Assembly: GCA_964187785.1 (NCBI GenBank)
Contig: OZ076409.1
Location: 15,996,001 to 16,060,000, forward strand
DNA length: 64,000 nucleotides
Direction: 5' to 3'
Source of the DNA: Amphiscolops sp. MND2022
Taxonomy: Eukaryota
Program-made: the position numbers and the translations under genes
The notes under the pieces: generated by a model
The model's database searches: none
What the model was told of the DNA's origin: nothing
What the model saw: only the letters and a program-made list of their open reading frames with translations
Part shown: positions 25,200 through 36,410 of the stretch, piece by piece
Layout of the letters: the number at the start of each line of letters is the position of its first letter
How positions within the stretch are numbered: position 1 is the first letter of the stretch

Positions 25200-28100
25200 G
25201 TATGTACTTTCGTTGAATAGCCAACAAATGAGTGACAGTAACAAAAAAAGTCAACAAAATAAGGATATGGATGAGTTGCCCTAACACTATTGGAAACGGG
25301 CCGGCAATTTGTTGCGACTCCTGTGAAAAATGGTTCCATGGCAACTGCGTAGGACTCACTCAACTACAGATTGATATGATAAACGAAACTGAAGGAGTAA
25401 TGTGGTTGTTGAGACAGTTCAGACCGACAGTGAAAACGACAATCCAATCAGGGTTGGCAAACTTGAATCTTGATTGTGAAAAAAAACGTCATGACGATCA
25501 AAGACATGGTCGCAGATGGGATTGCACGAAGCAAATTTTTGAAAAAATAGAAGGCATTCAGGAGGATCGTACTGCATGCGAATCAATAGTTACTGGCCTG
25601 AAACCTAATTTGGTGGCGGTGAAGAGAAAAAACCAACAGCACAGCAATACACTAACGCAACACAAAATGACTTACGCAGCCAAATGCGCACCCACGCTAT
25701 CCGATCCTACGGAAAAGAAAGCCTCGTGGTCCGAAGAAATATCGAGCAGATATTTCTTGTGGAAAACTCATACAGCGGCCTTGCCAACTGTATTGATATC
25801 AAAAAGGCGTACGCCAAACATTTCCCAGATAAAAAACTGATCCACGCGTTCAGGAACAGTAGAGGAAAGATCCATGTAAAATTCGATTCCGCAGCCACAG
25901 CAGCGGATATAATGCAAAATTTGAATAAAAGTGTCATAGGTACAGATACCTGTGTTACAAACCCCAGAGGAAAACGCCGGCAAAATGCTATAAATGTAAG
26001 AGGAGTCCACACAGGAATCATCAAAGACGCTTTCGGAACAAATCTCAGCGCAACTCCACACATACATTGAAAAGGACACAATCGGACGTTTCATCAAAAA
26101 ACCTGATAATGCCAGAATGACTACAGTGAAAGTTGACTTACAAGAACGAACTATGCTAGAAACAGCGTTAGCAAACGGACTTTTTGTCAACCAGCTATTT
26201 TTCAGACCTACCGAATACATCGAGGAAACAGATATTCACGTGACCAGATGCTTCAAATGCCAGAAATTCGGCGAAAGAGCATCATCTTGCAAATTGGGTC
26301 AAAAATGTGGTAAATGCGCGGAAAAGCATAATACCGATAGCTGTCACCAACTGGAACAAAATTACAAATGTGTCAAGTGTCTGGAACAACTCTCTTCAGC
26401 ATCAAAAAAATGCCCTGTCTACCTGAAAACTATGGAGAGGTTGTATCAGAGCCGATCGGTACCCCTACTAAAACAATTACAAGGCAAAATTGACATACTC
26501 ATCACCGAATACCAATGGTCTGCATAAGGCAAGTAAATATGCCAGGGTTAAGCACTCATAGCTCAACCTCGTTATCCCTTTATATGAACCAAGGAAAGCC
26601 CCGTGCTGTGATATTAACGGAGACTCACCGAGAACTAGCAGCACATGAATTCAATAATTTTTCTGCCATTAGATATTGTGGGACGATCGGTCGTGGAAGA
26701 GTTACTATTTTGATCAGGAAGGATATCACACACGTACCGGAAATCTTCAAAGCCCTAATTTACTCTGCCCAGATCAACGAATGAGCACGGCAGAACTCTA
26801 GTAAACGCACTACACCACTCCTCCAGGATGCTTAAATGTCATCAACGACGGACAACCCGCGTTTATGTCAACAACGGGAGCAGTGTTATCGACCTCTTTA
26901 TCACGTCAGAGAGAATAAGTGAAACTACAAACTTCACAATGGTTGACCACGAAACAGAATTACCCACTGGTGCTCCGACGAGGGTACGCCTTCCCGTATG
27001 CTGAACAAGAAATAAGAAGACGCAAAAACAGTCAAACTTAAAAAAGACAGGAAGAACGCCAATTGGGAAGGATTCTACGAGTGTGTAGAAAACCTTCAAA
27101 CAGATGGGAAAGATTTCAAGACAACTGACGCTGATTCTTCATGGTTGCTACTGAAAGAAGCGGGCAGAACAACATATTTCGGTGAAGAACGTCTGTTGCT
27201 TTTCGAAACTGTATTGGTGCGAAGAATTCAGTTCGAAAAACTGAGAGCTCTGTAAGGCACGGAGAAACTACCGATACTGTGGCTCGGTGCAAAACCTCAA
27301 GCTTTTGAGTGAGCTTCAACAATCTTTTCAAAATATGGTAAATGATAAAGCAACTGTATACTTCAAAAGCTCCATCTAAGATGTTAACGACATCCACTCA
27401 AAGGAGTTTTGGAAGCGTGTGAATAAACTTCTGAAAGATAAGGTAGGTGCTGGAGTTTCCAAGTTGTTGAAAGAACAAATTTCACTTTGCTGCAAAAGAC
27501 CAAGCCGATTTATTCCGTTATAATTGTTCACTCGAAAACATTTGGAGAAACTCAGCTTCAACGAAGATTTCAAGCTACACGTAGAAAATACGTTCCAACA
27601 ATCTCTACATTCTCAAAGACTCGAAATAGAAAGTGACAGGTAGTTTAACTGCGACTTCACCTTCGAAGAACTGGAATACGTTCTGCGTTTGTTGAAAACA
27701 TTGGAAAATCTCTCGATAACGACAAAATCCATCCCAAAATGAGTAAGTACACAGGACCCCGATATAAAGATGTCCTTTTTCACATTGCAAACAGAACACA
27801 AAACGGAATCATTCAAAAGTGATGTTTCTGATGAAGCAAGGTAAAACAGACTACATGACACCATCAGTGTATCGGCCGATAACAATCTCCAGCTATACCG
27901 GAAAAATTGTGGAAAGATTATTGAATGCCAGGCTGAGAAGCTCTTTCAAAAATTTCAACCTGATAGACGAAGAGAAGGAAGGCTTCCAGTATCACAAAAC
28001 ATAGTAAGGTTGTTGTATAGGTTGAAAATGGAATGTCAAGAAGTGTGAGAATCAGCAGGGAAAGTGGTGCCTTGAAATCCATCGACTTCGAGAAGGCCTT

Positions 28101-29258
28101 CAATTCCGTATGGATCAATGGACTGCTCCAAAAACTCTATCAATCGGGAGTTAGAGGTGAATTCATTAAACTGATTGAAATTATTTTGAAAAACTGTAAA
28201 CTCAGCATAGAAATCGGTAATCTGAGAAGCCAATACTTTGGAGCCAAAGATGGACTCCCACAGGGTAGTGTGTTATCACCAATTCTGTTCATTTTTTCGT
28301 TTCTTACATGTTCAAAAACATCAGCTGTAAGAAGTTCAAAATCGCTGACGATGGAAACCTCCTAGTGACAGGAGACACTGAAACTCAAGTCTATCTGAAC
28401 TGTCAAATCATTCTCAAACAACAGGAACCGTGGTGCAAAAATTGGAGGATCGCAGTCAATGGTGACAAGACGTCCATAATCAACCTCGACACTGAGAACA
28501 CGCACGCCCGGAAGTTTTTCGGCGAGGCCAGCATGGTCACCAGAAACACAAAAATCCTGGGTTTGATTGTGGACAACAAACTGAATTTCCACGAACATCC
28601 ACAGCAGGTAGAAGGAAAAGTTGCTAAACAGCTGAACTTATTCAAAATGTTTTGCGGGGTCTAAAGCAAGCAACGCTCATAAAGCTTTACAAAACTGTAG
28701 TTCCCCTCCCCCTCCCCCGATTTCTGTACGCGGCCCCTGTGTGGGCCAGGAAACACGTTCAAGCTTCAAGCACTTAGCCGATTCCAAAACACCGCGCTCA
28801 AACTTATCATAGATACGAGTACGAAATCCGACAATTGGTAGCCGAAAAACTGTGCGGTCTCCCGCCTATGCAAATACAAATGGACATTATCACTATTAAA
28901 TTTGGAATCAATCTTTCTCAACAGCAAGAAATTTTGTGGAAACTGTATCGGAAATGCCAATTGCAAGAAATTAAAAAAATAAAAACCTCATTGACGATTT
29001 TTATAAAGTGACAGGTGCAACAAATTGTTACACGGTGTCAACTTGCCACGAGTACCTGAGAAGTAGATGGAACAGTATATTCAAAAACGCGCTCACGACT
29101 ACCCCCTCTGGGTTGACCAATCACTCAAATTGAATGGAAAGGGGTTGCCTATCCAAAAACGACAAGCAGACACCTAGAAAGAACCACCAACAAGCTCCTT
29201 TTGAATTGCAACGTCGAACTGGCACAAGATGCGTACAAACTTTGGTGTACAAAATATT
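25200..29258 (+). mobile_element. LINE Y copy 1: degenerate element of the same clade, head-to-head with X
   Basis: CCDSCEKWFHGNCVG (PHD); RCFKCQKFG..CGKCAEKH..C..CVKC (knuckles); QVNM.GL..ILTET (APE); KTDYMTPSVYRPI, IDFEKAFNSVW, GLPQGSVLSP, ADD (RT). Confidence 0.92.
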
Positions 29259-29768
29259 GGGTGGCTGTAAATAGGTCGAATTTTTCTGGTCGAAAGGATT
29301 GAGGTCGAACCTTTTGATCGAATTGCAGGGATCGAATGGAATGCGCTCGAAAATGATCGAACCCTTCGGGTCGAAAACGTTCTTTGTTTGCCTCATGTCG
29401 ATTGACTATCATAATGTGGGGCATATGCTGTGTATGCACGCTCGCCCTCACCGTCGCAAAGACCAGCTCCCAATACGATTGTTTCGCGATCTCCGTCCCC
29501 GCTAGGTCTTTGCTCCTGTTCGACCTCGCTTAGCAAGATGGGAACATAAGCGGCCCCAAGGGGCCGCGGAGCACTAGAGGAAATAGGGACATATCCGAGA
29601 CACGTTTTATACTTTTCTAGGAAATTCTATCTGCGGCAATTCGATTTGTTTCCCAAAAATCAAAATTTGAATCCGAGTTGTTTCGATCCCATTCAAATAA
29701 TTGGTATGTCGACCCGAGGACTAACTCTGATTTTCGAACCCGTTTCTTCGACCTATATCCGCCCACCC
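29259..29768. mobile_element. MITE 1 (AGGTCGAA family) carrying cassette A; copies at 43431-43940 and 57603-58112
   Basis: Left end GGGTGGCTGTAAATAGGTCGAA; right end TTCGACCTATATCCGCCCACCC. Flanks CAAAATATT / CAGTATATT (7/9 match). Confidence 0.8.
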
Positions 29769-29786
29769 CAGTATATTATATAAAGC

Positions 29787-30136
29787 GGGTGGGCGGAAAT
29801 AGGTTGAAAGAACGTGATCGAAAATCAGAGTTAGTCCTCAGGTCGACATGCCAAATTTTTTGAATGGGATCGAAACAACTCGGATCGAAATTTTTATAAC
29901 GTAGTCAGATATGTTCACATACCCCTAGTGCCCTGAATGCAGGAGCGAAGCGAAGCGGAGCGACGTGCCATATTGCCATGCCTCAATGTTGCTACTTGGC
30001 GAAGGGAGCGAAGCAACCGAGTCATACGACAAATACGATAAAATTCGACCGCATTCCATTCGATCCCTGCAATTCGATCAAAAGGTTCGACCTCTGTCCT
30101 TTCGACCAGAAAAATTCGACCTATTTACAGCCACCC
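29787..30136. mobile_element. MITE 2 (same family, opposite orientation) carrying cassette B, exact 9-bp TSD; copies at 43959-44307 and 58131-58479
   Basis: ATATAAAGC at 29778-29786 and 30137-30145. Ends GGGTGGGCGGAAATAGG.. and ..CCTATTTACAGCCACCC. Confidence 0.88.
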
Positions 30137-30527
30137 ATATAAAGCTTGGGGCCGCTTATGTTCCCATGTTGCTAAGCGAGGTCGAACAGGAGCAAAGACA
30201 TAGCGGGACCGGAGATCGCGAAGCGATCGTTATGGAAGCTGGACTTTGCGACGGTGAGAGCGAGCGTGCGCACATCGTATTTGACCGAGTTACATGGTTC
30301 ATATAGACGGACCCATAGAACTTGCCACAGGAAATATCTATTCACTCACTTGGACCACGAACCTAATAAAGTTCATCTTAGATTCTGGACGTTTTGAAAG
30401 TAGAACAGAAAGGAAACGGCACTTTCGAAAGAGAGTACTCAACTACTGAAGACTCATAATTTCTGAGGCTATGACTAACAGACCTTCAACTTTTACTTTA
30501 TTTACACAGAACCGATACCATGTGCCT

Positions 30528-30583
30528 AAAACGTTATAAACGCTCGTCGTTATAAAGCACTCCGTTATAAACATCCCCTACTG
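30528..30583. mobile_element. Probable solo end of a TA-targeting (pogo/Tigger-like) MITE; repeated in units 2 and 3
   Basis: Three CGTTATAAA motifs followed by CATCCCCTACTG|TA (reverse complement TA|CAGTAGGGG..). No partner end found. Confidence 0.35.
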
Positions 30584-30827
30584 TACTTGAATTATTTGAT
30601 GAAAATTATGGAATTGTAAACGGTAACTTCTCTTACCCCTACATTTTTAGTTGCTTAATGAGAACAAAGGTACAAATAAAGTTTTTTTACCCAACAGTTT
30701 CGTTGGACCTCTTTATCAACTATCTCCTGGTCTCGAACTGACTCAGTGAATTCAGTCGTTGGTATACGATAGTTTAAGTAGACCAGAAGTAGGAAAGCTC
30801 CCAGACTATTTCAGAACCCGAAAGGCA

Positions 30828-31156
30828 ATGGGTCAAACATTATTCGAGCCCGTGACCACCAAGAGTTCTTCCAAATATGAAAATTCGAAAGTCAAGTGCG
30901 GATGTTCTTCAATGCAAGGATGGCGAATTTGTTAGTATTTGATGATTTCCTTTTCTGTCGTGGCTGATATTGTCTTTGCCAATCAATAATAATCATTCAA
31001 TTTCAGCGATGGAAGATGCACATACTGTGGACCTGAAGCTAGGCAATGAAGAGAATGTTCATTACTTCGCAGTGTTCGATGGCCACGGAGGCAGGAGAAT
31101 CGCTGACTATGCTAGTCGCAATCTGCACATCAGGATACATAATAATCCTGCATATC
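30828..31156 (+). pseudogene. PP2C/PPM-family phosphatase, exons 1-2 only (copy 1; exon 1 30828-30930, intron 30931-31006, exon 2 31007-31156)
   Basis: Spliced: MGQTLFEPVTTKSSSKYENSKVKCGCSSMQGWRISMEDAHTVDLKLGNEENVHYFAVFDGHGGRRIADYASRNLHIRIHNNPAY. GTTAGT..TTTCAG intron, GTACGT donor after exon 2. No further PP2C exons before the unit breakpoint. F at position 6. Confidence 0.8.
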
Positions 31157-33162
31157 GTACGTGTGCGCGCCATGAATGATTTGCTCCAAAAGTTTCTTTA
31201 CCTCACAAGTAGTGTTGGACAGACACTAGTATCGAAAAAACTGATATTAGTATCTACCAGTATATAGTAGTATAGTTACCAGTATCCTAATTTCTTTTTC
31301 TGTCTGGGTAACAAAAAAATTCCATTCAAAAACTCAATTGAAATTGATTAGAAAAAGGAATATTAGTCTATTCATCGAAATGAAAAGCAATCTTATTTTT
31401 AGCACGGGAACTTCAGTTCATATCAACATAAAGAAGCATATAAATACGACAGTTCTGAAGCCGATTACGTTTTTTAGAGTGAATTGATTAAAAACACTCC
31501 CAGCTGAAGAAGTGGGACCAGTATGAACATGGAGAGCTACCGTCGATAGCAAGGGATATTCTTTTTTCTCGTAGACGGACCAAAATACCTTCTGCGAAAA
31601 GTCAGCAATCGATGTTGGAATGTTTTTAGAGCATCTTCAAAATCATTGTTTTCCTAGAAAAACACTCAAAGAAGTTTTTAAATTGCTCGATATTTTCCAG
31701 TCTATCGGTATGAACGATATTTTTACCACCTTTTGTCTCTGGGGACAGCAGATAGGAAAATCCCACACACACTGTATGCAAAATAATCGGACGTTTCATA
31801 ATTTCTTTGATAGCTGCTTCGTCTCGATATCGGTCGAGCAATTGATTGAAGTTAGAATAGGAAAAAGAAGATTGATATCGAAAAGTTGACTTAAACGTTT
31901 TCGGTCTTGTAGACCATCATCAGAATCTAAAAAATATACTGAAGTTAGAATATTTTGACTGAAGATCGGACTCATTGCTTTCCAGATTTCTATCAAAATT
32001 GATGGTATCTCCAACATCTCAACTTTTCTCAATCTTTCCAAAACCATTCTAACATCTCTCGACAGTTTCGATATTTTTCGTTAGAGCCCGTCAAATGGCT
32101 TGTTTACATTCAAAAAGGGTGTCCAAACAGTTGAATTGTGATTTTTTTTGTATTTGACCTACTTTTTCTCAAAAAGGCAATCTTCTATTTTAATTTGTTC
32201 CATTTTATTCAGACTGTTTTGAGTGGTGCAATGCAAAAGTGTGAAATTTTACGTCAGCATTTTCTGAAGTGCTGATTTTCATTGTTTCCCATACTTTTGT
32301 ACTTCTGACAATCTCAGATGTATAAATACAACCGATGAAATTTCACATGACAGCTAATGCGATTTTTCTGAGAAATCTTTACGCTCGAAGTTGATGATAC
32401 TAGTTACCAAAAGTTTGGTTACTAGTACGTAGATGTTAGTATTGATACTAGTATAATTATTCGGCGCTTTCGTAGAAAGAGCAGACAATAGTATTGACTT
32501 TCAAGACCGACGAACTGACAGATTTAAAAATTTCTATAAGCTCATAGTAACTTGTATCTTCAAACTGCCACCTAGCATACAGGTTAACTCGTGTTTTCTG
32601 AGGTCAGAGAAACAGGAGTACGTGCAGTGATGTCCCTTTTTAAATTTTTAAAGGATTTTTTATGTTGAAGAATCGGCCTCAAAATCAGAGATTCCAAAAT
32701 AATTATCGAATATCTATCGTAATCATGCAATAAATTATCTTATCTTGATCTTCATATAAAATAGATAATCTTATTTTATGATTCAAAAAATGATAATCTC
32801 AGATACTTTTGTAGAGTCAAAAAATAATCTGATCAAAGTTTTATTTCGATTCAACAATACTATTCACAGTATGAACGTCCCATAGTTCCTTATTCAAGAG
32901 TAAATAGCAGTTTTCTTCCAACATTGGGGTTGTTGTGTTTCTCTCATTCGTAAAATAAGCACGAGAAAATGCATGTTCGGCGAGTCAATCATTTTATTTT
33001 TCTTCAAGAAATTAATAGCCAATGTTTGCTCATCCGTAGAAATTTCAAATTCCATTAATCTCAAACTCATCAATCCTCTTCAAATGTTTTTAGTCGGCGC
33101 ATTTTAACAAGTTTTTTCCTTTTTTCGTCAAATAACAATGTATGCATAGTGGACACTTTTTT

Positions 33163-36100
33163 AGGCGAGAAGCCATCTTGTTTGTGGTCAATTAAGGGGT
33201 TATTCATTAGCAAGATTTCCAATCTGCTGTTTAGTTTCCACTCAAACACGTTACCAACATGACTGCTCATGCAGATAGGTCTATATGCAGAGGGATCAGT
33301 ATAGTCTGGTTTAAAAGGTTTCCCTATGAAAAGAACACGAGATTCAGTCCACGGCCATACCTTATTTGTTAGGCAGGAGTTGAAAAGATTCATTAGACCT
33401 GTACGGAATTTTGGGCCAGATTTGAAAATCATGTTAGGGTGGAAGTTGTTTTCGTCAAATGAACACGCTGTGTTGTGAAATTTGTTGATGACGTTATCAA
33501 GTTCATGCATCTGGAAACTTTCAATATATCATGCAATATCCCGTTCTTGTTTTTGCGCGAGCTGGTTAATGAGTTCAATTTGTTGATTCGTTGTTTGCTC
33601 AAAATTTTGGTCAAAATCCTTTTCATTCAAATGCTTTCCGCTAAAAAAGTGTCCATGAGTACATGGGCGTGTTCTGTGGCTGCGAAGCAAAGTTCTTATT
33701 TACATTTTGGAGGAGCAATCATCGTGTCTCTTTCATTAGAAAAAACCTTTTCGACGTTTTTTCTAAAATCATTTCCGTGATGGGTATTGTTCAAACCTTG
33801 CCGTTTCTTTTTATTCCAGATAGTTGCTGCTGTCTCAATTTCTTTTTTGAATTTTTCGCGAGCGTCATTCAGAGTTGCACGATTTCCTGGAGTCGAAGGA
33901 GGTTTGAAACGTTTTCGAAGCTATCTTAAGGTGTTGCTTAAGTTTGTAAGATGCGTGTTCCAAAAGGGCTTACTATATACTGAGCAGATTTTGGTTGGGA
34001 TGCATAGCTGATTTACTTCTTCCAGTAACTTGCTAATTGTCAGTCATGTTTCATCAGGGTTATTGTATATCGGGTTTGCAGGGTCCGGTAACTTACTGCC
34101 TTCTTCTTCCAAAGCTTTACGCCATCTGTCCCAGTCAGCGTTTTCCAGGACAAATTTAGTTTCTCTTATGTTGCTTCTGATTAGTAAGTCCAAATTTACA
34201 TGTACCGGTAAATGTCCTCTATTTGGATGGCCAGTGAACAGCTCGATTTCAGTATCCGTGTAACGAGAGAAATTCCAGCTGGTTATACTGCCCGATATGT
34301 TGAATAAATCAATAATGGAGGCTCCGTTAGCTGCGTAAAATGTATATTCGCCATCATTTAGAATGTTCACCTCAGGCTTTCGACGAATAGTTCCAGCATT
34401 TCGCCACTCTTATTGCAACGTATATCGCCCCACAAAAGACTTCTAGCAATTAAATCTCCCACGAAGACAACTCCCGTCAAGTTGCTTCTATGGGCACAAG
34501 CTCTTGCATTTTCCAGTGAAATAAAGAGGTCTTTAATAGAAGCTTCGGCGTTTGGAGGAATGTATGCAGTTTCTGAATGAAGGATTTATGACCAAGGTAC
34601 ACTGCGCACAAGATTGAGTCAAATAGTTTTCCCGGAAAGTCAGAATTTCACAGCAGCTTCCGTCTTTAGGTAAAAGAAGGGCAACCCCGCCATGATGGGG
34701 AAGCTGATGATGGGAAATCGTTCGATAATTTTTGAAAATGTCATGCGAAATCCATTGTTTGGTTTTGTTTAGTGATATGAAGTCGAGTTTCATGTCAGCT
34801 ATGTATTTTTCGAGTGCATTTCGTTTTGCGTTTGACAGTTCGGAGGTGTTTAGCTGCATGAATGAAAGTTTCTTCACTTCAGCAATTTCACGTTTTTCAG
34901 TCAATCTTCGCATGTAGGCAACTTGAAATGGTAAATTACGTTTTTGTAAATTTTGGACGCATGATTAAGATCAGTTTCACAGAATGGGTTGTTAGCACTG
35001 TGGTTCAAATGACTATTCGCGCATTTAGCTGCATTTTCGCATTTACCGATTTGATGCTGGTTAGCGCATTTGCCACATTCAGGAAGGCTTTTGCAGGTTT
35101 TATTTACATGCCCAAAAGCTTGGCAGTTATAACACCGAATTATTGAGATCTTTTGTTCTTCGCTATTTTCATATGCTCGAAAGTGTTGATCAATCAGGAA
35201 GAGTCCTTCAGACAATGTTTTTTCTGGTCTTTTTTGCTTGGAAAGTCAATTTTCACAGTGTTCAAAACACTGTTATCATTTTTGATGAATCTTTGGGCTT
35301 TGGCTCTAGAAAATTTTTCTTCGAGAAGTGTAGTTAACACATCCGTGAATTCTTCTGCTTTAAGCACGTATTTTATCAGAACCGAGTGATTTTTTCGACT
35401 TGTGCGAGGTCGTCTGCAAATTATTTGATGTCCAAGAAAACTCGGTTGACACTCCATTACGATTTTTTTAACTCTTCCCTTGATTCGAATTCGAGGTGTA
35501 AGTGTTCTCTAGTTGTTCTGAAAGCACGCCGCAATTTTTTCTAGGGGAAACATTTAGAGAAGCTTCGCTTAATATCGGCGCTAATTTTGTAGGAGGGATC
35601 AGCACTTTCAAATATAAGTATCGAAGATATGTCACGTGGTATGGAGGTTTTGATTATATTACCTAGTTTTGTACTCCCGGTTGCAGCTGCGGTTGCGTAC
35701 GTAGAAAACATTTTCTCTACCACATCTTTGACCGAATTTATCTTTGGTAAAAATCCCTGTGCTATTTCGTTGATCAACGGCACCATTGCAGTGAAATTGT
35801 CATTTAGTTTCATGATACTTTGTGTAGCAACAGTTGTAGTATTGGCGGTGGAGTCTAATTTGGTTGAGTTGCACTGTAGAAGTGTTCGATGATCTTGATT
35901 CATATCTATTAGTACGTCGAGTTTCTTGTCTATTGTCTCTAAACCTTTGGGTTTGACGTCTTTTTTTCATGACTGGGAGGTTTTCTTTGCAAAACCAAAG
36001 GATAGATTCAATCCTATCCATTGCCTCGATTGTTGTTTCTGCTATTTCGGTGAATTTTTGATGAAACCAGCGTTCGCATGCTGTATATTCGATTGCACTC

Positions 36101-36410
36101 GTTCCAGATACAACAGGGTTGTTGCATGAACCGCTAGAATCAATGTGTTCAGTAGTTGAGATGGTACGGTCCTTTTTGTTTTTGGAGGGCTTTTTCCTAC
36201 CCACACAAAGGCTGCTTCAAGATAATTAAATCTCAAAAGCTGCCCCTGTTCACTTCGGAAACATGGATGGAACAGGTCACCTCAGTTAACCTTCGATATC
36301 TTCTTGTTGCACTTTATTTTCCGTTTTCTCGATAGTTTTTTCAAGACGAGGCTATAGACTGCTGATTAATTTCGTAAGATCGTTGAGATAAAATTGCACT
36401 CCAGTACAGG
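33163..36410 (-). mobile_element. LINE X copy 2 (3'-truncated in RT); extra 5' fragment at 38279-38930
   Basis: Paralogue of 21546-24790. Confidence 0.9.

Larger units (their letters stand above)
21546..33162. repeat. Segmental tandem unit copy 1 (~11.6 kb)
   Basis: Starts inside LINE X RT (TTTTTAGGCGAGAAGCC, 21541) and ends after GTGGACACTTTT. Paralogous ORFs recur at +11.65 kb. Confidence 0.92.

Noticed and set aside
29515-29530. GTTCGACC B-box in cassette A suggesting a tRNA-derived SINE
   Set aside because: No A box at a suitable distance, no tail or TSD, and one copy reads GTTGGACC.
29258-30137. A single 880-bp TIR element with a 3-bp TAT TSD
   Set aside because: Two separate elements, each with a 9-bp TSD pair, explain the flanks and the 18-bp spacer better.
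30970-31179. ORF-track protein MSLPINNNHSISAMEDAH..CARHE
   Set aside because: Its N- and C-terminal residues are intron sequence; the real frame is the spliced PP2C exon 1 + exon 2.
32870-33070. Weak resemblance of minus frames (DEQTLAINFLKKNKMIDSP..IRNYGTF) to a Merlin/IS1016 transposase N-terminus
   Set aside because: Needs several frameshifts, lacks intact CxxC pairs, and has no DDE region or TIR.
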